Of a DNA stretch of 32,000 nucleotides, positions 14,501-24,405 are shown piece after piece. A model generated the notes under the pieces. It saw nothing but the letters and a program-made list of their open reading frames with translations. It was not told the DNA's origin and searched no databases. This DNA is from Candidatus Saccharimonadota bacterium (lineage in GTDB: Bacteria; Patescibacteriota; Saccharimonadia; Saccharimonadales; Saccharimonadaceae), in assembly GCA_023898645.1 (NCBI GenBank), contig CP060232.1:300001-332000 (forward strand). Reading direction: 5' to 3'. The number at the start of each line of letters is the position of its first letter. The first letter of the stretch is position 1. The translations under genes and the position numbers were made by a program.

Positions 14501-15495
14501 GCGATATTGATTTTGACGAGCTAGACAAAGCTGTTAATTCTTTGATGGGTAAAGCACCTGTACAAAAGGACGACGTAAATCCGCAAAATACGTTGTCTAT
14601 CAGTTCTACGCTGCAGTCAGATCAAAAGCCAGCATACGACGCTCTTAATAAAGTAGTCGAAGAAATCGGCAGTGAATCGCTTGAAACTAATAGCGGACAA
14701 TCCGCTGCTGGTAATTTGAGTGTTGATGGCGATACGGCACGCGTCATTAAGCTAGACCAAGAGAAGCTAGATGCGGCCGAAAAAGCAGGTGTGATTCCTT
14801 CTATAATGGACAAACCCGCGGCGCCTGTTGCTAAACGACCTAGCAGTGGACGATTCATGGATGTTGTGCATCCGTCTGCAGATATGCGATCAGCTCCACC
14901 GACATCAGAGTCTACACCGCCGCGACTTGTTGGTCCGGTACCGCCAGCACCGACTACCCCGGCTACACCAGCACCGACCGCTCCAGTAACCACTGTGCCA
15001 TCGGCAGCCCAAGAACTTGTATCGGCATCTCCTTTTCTGACGGACGCGAAAGTAGAAAAGCGTCCACTTGGTGGTGAACCACCGACGGGCGGCCCAGTCG
15101 TTGCTGATAGCGCTACTACTAGTGAACAGGGTGGTTTGGTTGATGCTGGAGACGAAAATTCTCCTGAGAATACAGGCGCAGATCAGCAACAGACGCTAAA
15201 CGCCGAGGATTTTAGTTCCGAGACTGATAATCAAGATCTGCAACTACAGAATATTGAGTCAGCTTTTGATACATCATCACATCAAGCACTTCAGTCTTTG
15301 GAGTCTGGAGATGCTGGAGACGTACCGGACGATACACTTACTTCGACTAAAGCTGCGCCAGTAGCTGCAACTCAGTCACTTTCACATCCGCCGAAACAGA
15401 AATCAGGCTGGGGCATTGTCATTATCATTGCAGTCATTATTGTTCTCTCAATAGCAGTTGCCGGTGCTGCTTACTTTTTCGTCATCAAGCCTTAG
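14497..15495 (+). CDS. low-complexity acidic/Pro-rich protein with C-terminal TM anchor, hypothetical
   Basis: 332 aa. Its ATGA start overlaps the tpiA stop. The sequence looks mostly disordered and ends in GWGIVIIIAVIIVLSIAVAGAAYFFVI. Confidence 0.75.
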   Translation: MSDIDFDELDKAVNSLMGKAPVQKDDVNPQNTLSISSTLQSDQKPAYDALNKVVEEIGSESLETNSGQSAAGNLSVDGDTARVIKLDQEKLDAAEKAGVIPSIMDKPAAPVAKRPSSGRFMDVVHPSADMRSAPPTSESTPPRLVGPVPPAPTTPATPAPTAPVTTVPSAAQELVSASPFLTDAKVEKRPLGGEPPTGGPVVADSATTSEQGGLVDAGDENSPENTGADQQQTLNAEDFSSETDNQDLQLQNIESAFDTSSHQALQSLESGDAGDVPDDTLTSTKAAPVAATQSLSHPPKQKSGWGIVIIIAVIIVLSIAVAGAAYFFVIKP

Positions 15496-15519
15496 CGGCA
15501 TCCTGTATACTAGATAGGA

Positions 15520-17643
15520 ATGAAAAATATCCTTGAGGGTCTTAATGAGGCACAGACTGCCGCTGTGCGTCAAACGTCTGGACCGTTGTTGATTTTGGCA
15601 GGCGCTGGCAGTGGCAAGACAAAGACCGTGGCACATAGGATTGCGTATCTTATGCAGCATGAGTCGGTTTGGCAAAATGAAATTTTGGCGGTTACGTTTA
15701 CCAACAAGGCGGCTCGTGAGTTGCGCGAGAGGGTATGGAAGTTAACTGATGGCAAAAGCGGAGAAGTTCCACGTTCCTATATGCCATGGATGGGGACGTT
15801 CCATGGTATATGTGTACGGTTATTGCGGCAGGATGGCGCGGCAATTAAGGTTGCGCCGAATTATGTTATATATGACGAAGATGATCGCCAGGGTTTGATT
15901 AAACAAGCCATGAAACAGCTGTCTATAGATGCACAACAAATCAAGCCGAGAGCAGTTAGTAGTATCATCTCAAACGCAAAGAATGAGCTCAAGACTCCCG
16001 AAGACATGGAGTCGTCGGCAAATTATCCGAATGCCCGTAATATAGCTAAGATATATGCAAGTTACGAACGGTTGCGAAAAGCTGCCGGAGCACTCGATTT
16101 TGATGATTTACTTATAGAAACAGTTCGACTTTTGCGTGATTACCCAGACATTCGCAAGAAATGGCAGCAGCAATTCAAATACATTTTTATCGACGAATAT
16201 CAGGATACAAATGCTGCGCAGTACGCCATCGTTAAATATTTAGTGGGTAAAGACCAAAATATTTGTGTCGTAGGTGACGACTGGCAATCAATCTACAGTT
16301 GGCGTGGTGCTGATTTTACAAATATTTTGAATTTTGAGCGAGATTATCCATCGACGACGGTTATTAAACTAGAACAAAACTATCGTTCAACTAGCGCGAT
16401 ACTCAGTGCCGCTCAAACTGTCATTAGTAAAAACAAGGTTCGAACCGACAAGGAGCTATGGACGGACAAGGGCGAAGGTGCGCCGGTTGAGGTGCACGCG
16501 ACGTACGATGAAACCGAGGAGGCGAGTCTAGTTGCTGGACGGATTGCGACGCATGTGAGCATGGGTGCGCGCCGATACAACGACTTCGCAGTACTGTATC
16601 GCATGAACGCACAATCAGCGGCGCTAGAAAGGGCGTTTCGCTTGCAACGTATTCCCTATCAACTGATAGGCGGCGTGCGATTTTATGACCGCAAAGAGAT
16701 TAAAGATATCATCGCTTATCTACGTATCATTTATCAGTCAAATGATCGTTTGAGTTTCAGTAGGATCGTCAATGTACCGACACGTGGCATCGGTGCGACG
16801 AGTCTCGAGCGGTTTCTGATATGGCAGAGCAAGACAGGTATGGACATCATTGATGCGCTTTATCACGTCCATGAGGCCGACGGGCTGACGCCAAGAGCCA
16901 AGACTGCGCTTGGAGTACTTGGTTCACGCCTGCGTGAATTGCAGTTGATGGTACAGGAAGAAGCGGCGCCAGCCGACATCATCGAGCGTCTTATCAAGGT
17001 CACAAACTATCGTGATTATTTGCAAGATGGTACTCCGCAGGCCGAGGAACGCGAAGAAAACATAGGTTCATTAATCTCGGACGTAAAAGTGTTTGCAAGT
17101 TTGTCTGAATTTCTAGAAGAAGCAGCGTTGATTTCAAGTGCAGATAGTGCCGCAGATGGAGATAAAGTAACACTAATGACACTTCACGCGGCTAAGGGTT
17201 TGGAATTTCCAGTCGTGTTTATGGTGGGCATGGAGGAAGGAATCTTTCCTCATAGCAGAGTTTACGATGCTGGTCCTGCCGAGCTCGAAGAAGAGCGCCG
17301 ATTGTGTTACGTGGGTATGACGCGAGCTCGCGAGGAATTGCATTTAACGTATGCTCGTGCGCGACTACAGTTTGGTCAACGTACTTATAATGATGTCTCG
17401 CGTTTTATAGGTGATATGGGCGACCAAGTGGCAGCGATTGAACAACCAGTGTTTGGCATAGACCGCGAGTACGACGAATTTATGAGTGACGCACTACCGT
17501 TTGAAGTTGGCGATCGTGTACGTGCAGCGGCGTTCGGAGACGGTGAGATCATTGATGTTGACGGCTTGGCGGTGACGATTCGTTTTGATCGCGGCGGCAC
17601 AAAAAAGCTAAATGCCGAGTATGCACGGTTAGAAAAGTTGTGA
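15520..17643 (+). CDS. pcrA: ATP-dependent DNA helicase, UvrD/PcrA family
   Basis: 707 aa. Walker A is AGAGSGKT, motif II is DEYQDTN, and later motifs include QNYRST and TLHAAKGLEF. Confidence 0.93.
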   Translation: MKNILEGLNEAQTAAVRQTSGPLLILAGAGSGKTKTVAHRIAYLMQHESVWQNEILAVTFTNKAARELRERVWKLTDGKSGEVPRSYMPWMGTFHGICVRLLRQDGAAIKVAPNYVIYDEDDRQGLIKQAMKQLSIDAQQIKPRAVSSIISNAKNELKTPEDMESSANYPNARNIAKIYASYERLRKAAGALDFDDLLIETVRLLRDYPDIRKKWQQQFKYIFIDEYQDTNAAQYAIVKYLVGKDQNICVVGDDWQSIYSWRGADFTNILNFERDYPSTTVIKLEQNYRSTSAILSAAQTVISKNKVRTDKELWTDKGEGAPVEVHATYDETEEASLVAGRIATHVSMGARRYNDFAVLYRMNAQSAALERAFRLQRIPYQLIGGVRFYDRKEIKDIIAYLRIIYQSNDRLSFSRIVNVPTRGIGATSLERFLIWQSKTGMDIIDALYHVHEADGLTPRAKTALGVLGSRLRELQLMVQEEAAPADIIERLIKVTNYRDYLQDGTPQAEEREENIGSLISDVKVFASLSEFLEEAALISSADSAADGDKVTLMTLHAAKGLEFPVVFMVGMEEGIFPHSRVYDAGPAELEEERRLCYVGMTRAREELHLTYARARLQFGQRTYNDVSRFIGDMGDQVAAIEQPVFGIDREYDEFMSDALPFEVGDRVRAAAFGDGEIIDVDGLAVTIRFDRGGTKKLNAEYARLEKL

Positions 17644-18122
17644 AGCATCGACGTCGCGTATATTTGATGGCCGGTCTAGTTGTTAGTCCGTTTGCAGTTA
17701 TCGGTTTACGGCTTTACACCAAAGTGACAAGACGCCCGCGCGTTCGTGTGTTGGTGACGAATGAAAAAGACGAAGTTTTGTTGCTTCGTGGTGTCATCGC
17801 GAAGGGGAGACGGTGGAGCCTTCCGGGTGGTGGAGTGAATCGCAGGGAGTCATTGCCGGCTGCGGCTCAGCGTGAATTATACGAAGAGACAGGTATAGAC
17901 GTAGCGACGTCTAAGTTGCGTCACCTCAGGACGGTGCCTAGGGCTGAGCTCAATCTTCCGTTTGACGCGCCAGTTTTTCATGTAAAGGTTAAACGAGCTG
18001 ATTTACCCGACACACCCCATAACCCAAGAGAAATAGCACATGTTGCGTGGTTTCGCACAGACGACCTGCCTAAACACGTGTCTGCTCTTGCCCTTGAGAT
18101 TATTGCTAAATATCATACATAA
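17640..18122 (+). CDS. Nudix hydrolase with N-terminal hydrophobic segment
   Basis: 160 aa with a GTGA overlap onto the helicase stop. The Nudix box is GGGVNRRESLPAAAQRELYEETGI. Confidence 0.85.
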   Translation: MKHRRRVYLMAGLVVSPFAVIGLRLYTKVTRRPRVRVLVTNEKDEVLLLRGVIAKGRRWSLPGGGVNRRESLPAAAQRELYEETGIDVATSKLRHLRTVPRAELNLPFDAPVFHVKVKRADLPDTPHNPREIAHVAWFRTDDLPKHVSALALEIIAKYHT

Positions 18123-18194
18123 CTAGTGTAAAAAATTGCTCATTTTTGCCTGCTCCAGTACAATGGAGTGAGCCCGTTGCGTGGGTTTTTATAC

Positions 18195-19400
18195 ATGAAC
18201 ATGCATTTAATCACTCTAAAACGCCGGCTCTTCTTGGTAGGGGCATGCTTTATTGTAGCTGGAGGATTTTTTGCCAGCCACGCAAACGCAGCGACAACTG
18301 ATTCTGCTCAGAACGGTCGTTTGATTACTATCCATGATCGCGGTGAAACGAGAGTTATTTTGACGCATGCGCAAACTGTTCGTGATGCACTTGCCGACGC
18401 GCATATACCGGTTGTTAGCCAAGACACCGTTGAGCCGAATCTTGGTGATCGGCTTGTCGCGACTGACTATACGGTCAATATCTATCGTGCTCGACCGGTC
18501 ATCGTCGTCGATGGAGCAGTTCGCGCAAAAATTATGACAGCCGCACAGACACCTGAGGGAATTACGGGTGCGGCCGGTATTATCCTTAACGACGAAGATC
18601 GTACTACGCTAACTTCAAGTAACGACATTGTTTCTGACGGCGCTGGTGATGTACTGACAATAGATCGTGCTACCATGTTTACTCTAAAGCTCTACGGCAC
18701 TGAAATTACAGCGTATAGCCACGAGGCGACCGTAGGAGAGATGCTAAAGCAAAAAGGAATTGAGCTAGCGCCAAGTGATGATATGTCTGTGCCTCAAGAT
18801 GCACCTTTGGTCAGTGGAATGAAAATAGAAATTTGGCGAGATGGTATACAGACAGCTACAGCTAAAGAGGTGATTGCTTTCCCTGTGCGAGAGGTGCAAG
18901 ATTTTGATCATCCATTGGGCTATCACCAAGTCAAGACTCAAGGGGTCGACGGCCTAAGAAACGTGACATACGAAATCAACATGCGTGATGGAAAAGAGAT
19001 AGGTCGTAAAGAAATTCAAAGCATCATATTAAAGCAGCCAAAAGAACAAATTGAGATTGTCGGTGCAGCTCCGCCTCCTGGTTCTCACCAAGATTGGATG
19101 GCTGCTGCCGGTATAGCTTCGAGTGATTATGGATTTGTTAGCTATATCGTTGATCACGAAAATCGCAGCTGGAACCCATGCAAGATACAGGGCGGAGCGG
19201 TCGACTGCTCATTTAGCGGTGAGATTATGGTAGGGTACGGGTTAGTACAAGCAACACCTGGCAATAAAATGTCGAGTGCTGGAAGTGATTGGCAAACCAA
19301 CCCTGTAACGCAGTTAAAGTGGGCATCGAGTTATGCGGTCGGACGATATGGTAGTTGGAAGAATGCATATATATTCTGGCTTGAGAACAACCACTGGTAA
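18195..19400 (+). CDS. secreted DUF348/G5-domain cell-wall protein (YabE/RpfB-like architecture) with APF-type C-terminal domain
   Basis: The signal peptide is MNMHLITLKRRLFLVGACFIVAGGFFASHANA. DUF348-like repeats and a G5-like segment follow. The C-terminus VGRYGSWKNAYIFWLENNHW resembles C-termini of aggregation-promoting-factor and transglycosylase-like proteins. The GTG 18168 start is disfavoured because it sits only 4 nt after a TACAAT box (18159-18164). Confidence 0.8.
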   Translation: MNMHLITLKRRLFLVGACFIVAGGFFASHANAATTDSAQNGRLITIHDRGETRVILTHAQTVRDALADAHIPVVSQDTVEPNLGDRLVATDYTVNIYRARPVIVVDGAVRAKIMTAAQTPEGITGAAGIILNDEDRTTLTSSNDIVSDGAGDVLTIDRATMFTLKLYGTEITAYSHEATVGEMLKQKGIELAPSDDMSVPQDAPLVSGMKIEIWRDGIQTATAKEVIAFPVREVQDFDHPLGYHQVKTQGVDGLRNVTYEINMRDGKEIGRKEIQSIILKQPKEQIEIVGAAPPPGSHQDWMAAAGIASSDYGFVSYIVDHENRSWNPCKIQGGAVDCSFSGEIMVGYGLVQATPGNKMSSAGSDWQTNPVTQLKWASSYAVGRYGSWKNAYIFWLENNHW

Positions 19401-19410
19401 AATAATAATT

Positions 19411-20172
19411 ATGACAGCTCCGAATAAATCTCTTGGGCAGCATTGGCTACATGATCGCGATGTACTCGCGCATATTGCTGATTGCGCAAACCTGACTCCT
19501 GATGATACCGTGCTCGAAATCGGTCCCGGCTTAGGTACGTTGACATCTGAACTGTTGCGACGAGCTGGCAAAGTCATTGCCGTTGAATTTGATGCGGAGT
19601 TGGCACGTAAACTCCCCGGCCAGTTTCCAGGCAAGAACTTAGAGGTCGTTCATTCCGACATCTTGTCATTTGATCTGAGCAAGCTACCTGCCGGATACAA
19701 GGTAGTGGCTAACGTGCCCTATTACATTACGAGCAAAATCGTACAGCTACTTATGACGGCAGACAATAAGCCTGCCAATGCGGTGTTGCTCGTACAAAAA
19801 GAAGTCGCCGAGCGGCTGGCGGCCAAGCAGGGAGATATGAGTATTCTGGCAATTAGCGCACAGGTTTTTGCCGAGGTGAGTTTGGGTGATGTCGTTCCAG
19901 CGGCGCTGTTCACCCCGCCGCCGAAAGTCGACAGCCGAGTCGTGGTACTGGAGACGCACTCGCAGCCACTCGTTAATTCCGAAGATGAAAAAGCGTTTTT
20001 CCGCGTGGTTAAAGCTGGCTTTTCCGCAAAGCGCAAAAAACTTCGCTCGTCGCTGTCCGGTGGGCTTGGTATTTCAAAGCAAGAAGTCGAGGAGATGCTT
20101 ACAAAAGCTGACATATCGCCTGATGCTCGTGCCGAAGATTTATCAATTAGTGACTGGCTCAAGCTTTTGTAA
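19411..20172 (+). CDS. rsmA: 16S rRNA (adenine1518/1519-N6)-dimethyltransferase
   Basis: Motifs seen are LGQHWL and the SAM-binding EIGPGLGTLT. The start was moved to ATG 19411, which lies 7 nt after TGgTAAAAT. The upstream part of the track ORF overlaps the preceding gene. Confidence 0.9.
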   Translation: MTAPNKSLGQHWLHDRDVLAHIADCANLTPDDTVLEIGPGLGTLTSELLRRAGKVIAVEFDAELARKLPGQFPGKNLEVVHSDILSFDLSKLPAGYKVVANVPYYITSKIVQLLMTADNKPANAVLLVQKEVAERLAAKQGDMSILAISAQVFAEVSLGDVVPAALFTPPPKVDSRVVVLETHSQPLVNSEDEKAFFRVVKAGFSAKRKKLRSSLSGGLGISKQEVEEMLTKADISPDARAEDLSISDWLKLL

Positions 20173-20195
20173 GTCTATCTGTTATAATTACCCCA

Positions 20196-21683
20196 ATGGG
20201 AAAAAACTTATACATCACCACAGCTATACCGTACGTCAATGCAAAGCCGCATATTGGCAATGCACTTGATTATCTGATTGCCGACATCTGGGCAAGATAC
20301 CAGACGCAAAACGGCAAAAAAGTTCGATTTCAGGTGGGCACCGATGAGCATGGTAATAAAATTGCCGCTAAGGCAGCGGAAGCTGGGCTCGAGCCAAAAG
20401 CCTACACCGATCAAATGGTCGTGAACTTCCAGGCGCTCATGCAAAAGGTTGGAGCACAGTATACCGACTTTGTTCGCACGACCGACGACCACCATGTGGC
20501 CGCCGTGCAGTGGATCTGGCAAAAGCTCGCACCATACATCTACAAAGGTAAGTACGAAGGCTGGTATTGCGTTGGCCACGAAGCCTTTTTTACGGACAAA
20601 GAAGTTCAGGCAAACAGCGGTACTTGCCCAGACCACCAGAAGCCGTACGAACGAGTAAGCGAAGAAAATTACTATCTAAAAACGAGTGCATTTACTGATA
20701 AGATTCGTGAAGCCATTGAAAAGGATAAATTGAAAATCGTTCCTGAATTTCGCAAACGAGAATTTTTGGAATTGATGAAAGACGGTCTGAAAGACGTAAG
20801 TATTAGTCGACCAAAAGGTAACCTGACATGGGGAATACCCGTACCGAACGATCCTAACCAAGTAATGTACGTATGGCTTGATGCGCTTGCAAATTACATC
20901 ACGGTGCTTGGGTACCCCGACCAAGCAGAATGGGCAGAATACTGGCCAGCTGACGTACAAGTAATCGGCAAAGACATCTTGCGTTTCCATGCGGGTATTT
21001 GGCCGGCGATGTTGCTTGGTCTTGAAGTGCCGCTGCCAAAGTCACTGCTAGTGCACGGTTTCGTCAATGTTGGCGGAGCCAAGATGAGCAAGACGGTAGG
21101 CAACGTCGTAGATCCGATTGAAATTATCGATGGTTACGGTGTCGATGCTTTCCGCTACTTCTTTGCTCGTCACATACCTACGCAGGACGATGGCGATTTC
21201 ACCTGGGAGAAATTTGAAACGGCTTATAATACAGAGCTTGGCAACGACCTCGGTAATTTAGTTCAACGTGTGGCAGCTATGATTACGCGTTATCAGGCTG
21301 GTGTCATCGGTGACGCGCCACAGGCTGAGCACGACATGTTGCCATACCGTGATGCTATGGACAGCTTGAATTTCAACGTAGCGCTCGATCACGTGTGGGA
21401 GAATGTCCGCAATCTTAATCAGTACCTTGAGAGAGTTAAGCCTTGGGAAGTTGCAAAAGACCGCGAAAAAGACAAGGATGTTGCAGAGCATCTTAGCGAA
21501 ATTCTCTCTACTGCCGTCGGTACGTTGCTACAGATTGCCGATTTACTCGTGCCATTTATGCCGAACACTGCTAACTACATACACAAAACGTTTGAAACTG
21601 GCGTTGTTGTGCAACAAGAGGGTGTGCTTTATCCGAAAATCTACAAACACACACCAGATCCACACGCCCCAAAAGGAGCTTAA
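20196..21683 (+). CDS. metG: methionyl-tRNA synthetase (short form)
   Basis: 495 aa. The HIGH-type motif is PHIGNALDY and the KMSKS motif is KMSKT. TGtTATAAT lies 7 nt upstream of the ATG. Confidence 0.95.
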   Translation: MGKNLYITTAIPYVNAKPHIGNALDYLIADIWARYQTQNGKKVRFQVGTDEHGNKIAAKAAEAGLEPKAYTDQMVVNFQALMQKVGAQYTDFVRTTDDHHVAAVQWIWQKLAPYIYKGKYEGWYCVGHEAFFTDKEVQANSGTCPDHQKPYERVSEENYYLKTSAFTDKIREAIEKDKLKIVPEFRKREFLELMKDGLKDVSISRPKGNLTWGIPVPNDPNQVMYVWLDALANYITVLGYPDQAEWAEYWPADVQVIGKDILRFHAGIWPAMLLGLEVPLPKSLLVHGFVNVGGAKMSKTVGNVVDPIEIIDGYGVDAFRYFFARHIPTQDDGDFTWEKFETAYNTELGNDLGNLVQRVAAMITRYQAGVIGDAPQAEHDMLPYRDAMDSLNFNVALDHVWENVRNLNQYLERVKPWEVAKDREKDKDVAEHLSEILSTAVGTLLQIADLLVPFMPNTANYIHKTFETGVVVQQEGVLYPKIYKHTPDPHAPKGA

Positions 21684-22427
21684 GTGTTGATTGATACTCA
21701 TTGCCATATTCATGAGGCGGATTATCCACTTTCGGTTGACGATGTTTTAAAACGCGCAGCAGCGCAAGGCGTCGAAAAGATGATTTGCGTCGGTACGAGC
21801 GAGCAAAGTTCCGAGGACGCAATAAAGTTTGCCGCCGAACACGATAGTGTTTATGCGGCAGTCGGCGTGCACCCTCACGACTCCAAGGATGGTTGTACCA
21901 AAATTTCTGAGTTTGCCAAGCAAGGAGTTGTTGCTGTCGGTGAAATAGGTCTAGATTATTTTTATAATCATAGTTCGCGCGATGTTCAGATTGCGGCGCT
22001 TGAATCGCAGATACAGACAGCACTCGATAACAATCTACCAATCATTTTCCATGTGCGTGAAGCGTTTGATGATTTCTGGCCTGTATTTGACAATTTCCAT
22101 GGTATTCGTGGCGAACTACACAGTTTTACTGACATACAGACCAATCTAGACAAGGCATTTGAACGTGGTCTTTTCGTTGGTGTTAACGGCATCAGTACGT
22201 TCACAAAAGACCCGGCGCAGCAAAAACTCTATGCAACCGTTCCTCTCGACAAAATGCTGCTCGAAACGGATGCGCCGTTCTTGACGCCTACCCCTTATCG
22301 TGGTACTATAAACGAGCCTGCATATGTGAGTGAAGTGGCGAAACACCATTCTGCGATTCGCGGAATTTCTGTCGAAGACGTGGCTGCCGCAACAACCGCA
22401 AATGCGACCGCGCTGTTTAAACTATAG
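21684..22427 (+). CDS. tatD: TatD-family metal-dependent hydrolase
   Basis: 247 aa with a GTG start directly after the metG stop and SD AAGGAG. Motifs seen are IDTHCHI, GEIGLDY and ETDAPFL. Confidence 0.9.
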   Translation: MLIDTHCHIHEADYPLSVDDVLKRAAAQGVEKMICVGTSEQSSEDAIKFAAEHDSVYAAVGVHPHDSKDGCTKISEFAKQGVVAVGEIGLDYFYNHSSRDVQIAALESQIQTALDNNLPIIFHVREAFDDFWPVFDNFHGIRGELHSFTDIQTNLDKAFERGLFVGVNGISTFTKDPAQQKLYATVPLDKMLLETDAPFLTPTPYRGTINEPAYVSEVAKHHSAIRGISVEDVAAATTANATALFKL

Positions 22428-22484
22428 CGTTTCTAAAAAAATCCAATACAAACACGCGAAACATCACATTAATTGGATTTATCG

Positions 22485-22817
22485 ATGCAATCATCACCAA
22501 ACGACGTCTACCGACCACCAGCTACGAACGAAACTCCTGCCACTCAGCCTATTGAAGGTAGGAGCTATGACCCATTGGAAGCAGCGCGTCAAAAAAGAAT
22601 TAACGAAGCCAAAGCTGATTTGGAACGATATTATTTTGCAAAAACAGCACTTGCTGACGGAGCGGAGACTAGTCAAGCCTCGCGACAGGTGGCCGGACGT
22701 ACTCAGACTGAACAGCAAGTTGACTATGCGCATGAGATTCTGCCGTACGTTAAGCATTTAGGCGAGTTTATTGAATATCAACGCGAGGAGGTAATCAAAA
22801 ATGGCTGGTCTGTTTAA
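22485..22817 (+). CDS. hypothetical protein (110 aa)
   Basis: The ORF uses the ATG at 22485. No motif was recognised. Its 3' end overlaps the next ORF by 17 nt. Confidence 0.55.
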   Translation: MQSSPNDVYRPPATNETPATQPIEGRSYDPLEAARQKRINEAKADLERYYFAKTALADGAETSQASRQVAGRTQTEQQVDYAHEILPYVKHLGEFIEYQREEVIKNGWSV

Positions 22818-23226
22818 AAAATCTCTGAAGTTACTTACCGGTAGTGACGACGTGAAGTTTACTGGTTTTACGCGTCGTACCAAACCGACGCGTCGCGAGC
22901 TCATTCAGCGCGAGAGCGAAATTGGTGGTCACTTATTTGGCCCGATTCCAGTCGGGCATCATCGGCAGTTCTTCAATATTGATCCGACGACATGGGTATG
23001 GTACGAGGAGTGGGTGGACTCAAAAGGTCAACAGCAGCAGGCGACAACTCGTTATGAGATTCATGAAAACGGCATACTGAAAGTGCAAGAGGGTGCTCGA
23101 TACTATTACATTGAAGGCAGCGAGCTGACTAACTTAGTAACTGCGATGCGACTCTACTTCGAGAAAGTCACCCGTGATGTTTATCACCGCGACCCAGTGT
23201 CCGGTAAACGACTCGCCTCGGCATAA
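22801..23226 (+). CDS. hypothetical protein (141 aa)
   Basis: The ORF overlaps the upstream ORF, which suggests coupling. It is rich in Trp/Tyr and no motif was recognised. Confidence 0.65.
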   Translation: MAGLFKKSLKLLTGSDDVKFTGFTRRTKPTRRELIQRESEIGGHLFGPIPVGHHRQFFNIDPTTWVWYEEWVDSKGQQQQATTRYEIHENGILKVQEGARYYYIEGSELTNLVTAMRLYFEKVTRDVYHRDPVSGKRLASA

Positions 23227-23256
23227 CCGCATTGGCGATACGTTATAATGGATACG

Positions 23257-24405
23257 ATGACTGTCTATCTTGATCACGCGGCCGCAACGCCACTCGACTC
23301 AGATGTACTGGCTGCCATGCAGCCTTATTTTGCTGAAAAGTTTTACAATCCGTCTAGCCCCTACGCGCCAGCCGTTGCCGTACGGCGTGAATACGAGGCT
23401 GCCAAAGCGACGATAGCGTCTATCATTGGTGCACGTTCTGGTGAATTGACTATGACAGCCGGCGCGACCGAGTCAATCAATTTGGCGTTTGGCTCTGGTA
23501 GCGGCCACGTGGTGACGACTATAGCCGAGCATCAAGCGGTTTTAGCAGCAGCGAAGCAACATGACTGCACGCTAGTTCCCGTCGACCATAACGGACGTGT
23601 TGACGTTAACGAAATTATAAAAGCAATCCGAGAGGATACGTGGTTAGTGAGCGTAGGTTTGGCTAATAGCGAAATCGGTACGATTCAGCCCATAAGTAAA
23701 ATTGCCGAGGGCGTAGCTCGTGTGCGTAACGACAGGCTTTCCCAGGGCAGCACGACTCCGCTGTATTTGCATTGCGACGCGTCACAGGGCGCAGGCCAGC
23801 TTGACCTACATGTTGCGCGGCTAGGAGTAGACATGTTGACGCTTAACGCGGCGAAAATTTACGGTCCGAAGCAAGTCGGACTGCTTTATGCGGCACGTTC
23901 GGTAAAACTGCAGCCACAGATTGTTGGCGGCGGCCAAGAACAAGGTCTCCGAAGCGGTACCGAAAATGTCGCTGGAACCATTGGTATGGCGGTTGCCATG
24001 CGACAGGCCGACAAGCGTCGTCACCAGGAAGTTTTTCGGTTATCTGGACTACGAAATGAACTTCAAAAAAAATTATGCGATGCATTTCCCGAAGCCGCAG
24101 TATCTGGTCACCAAAAGCACCGTTTGGCCGGGCACTTGCATATTTCATTTCCAGGACTCGATGCCGAACGATTAGTGTTCGGGCTTGAGTCGCGAGACGT
24201 TTTGGTAGCGACGGGTAGTGCTTGCGCTGCTAACAAAGGTACGCGGTCGCATGTATTGACTGCTATCGGGCTGGACGACGCGACAGCGGACGGTAGCCTG
24301 CGGCTGACCTTGGGTAAGGACACTGATCAAGTCGCAATTGATTTTGCGGCGGAAGCAATTATAGCCGAGGTTAATCGTGAAAAGGCGAGGATTAACCGTG
24401 TTTAA
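23257..24405 (+). CDS. cysteine desulfurase (NifS/IscS-like, class V aminotransferase)
   Basis: The PLP-Lys region is NAAKIYGPKQVG and the catalytic Cys loop is ATGSACAANKGTRSHVL. The ATG at 23248 lies inside a TATAAT box (23244-23249), so ATG 23257, 7 nt downstream, is preferred. Confidence 0.88.
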   Translation: MTVYLDHAAATPLDSDVLAAMQPYFAEKFYNPSSPYAPAVAVRREYEAAKATIASIIGARSGELTMTAGATESINLAFGSGSGHVVTTIAEHQAVLAAAKQHDCTLVPVDHNGRVDVNEIIKAIREDTWLVSVGLANSEIGTIQPISKIAEGVARVRNDRLSQGSTTPLYLHCDASQGAGQLDLHVARLGVDMLTLNAAKIYGPKQVGLLYAARSVKLQPQIVGGGQEQGLRSGTENVAGTIGMAVAMRQADKRRHQEVFRLSGLRNELQKKLCDAFPEAAVSGHQKHRLAGHLHISFPGLDAERLVFGLESRDVLVATGSACAANKGTRSHVLTAIGLDDATADGSLRLTLGKDTDQVAIDFAAEAIIAEVNREKARINRV

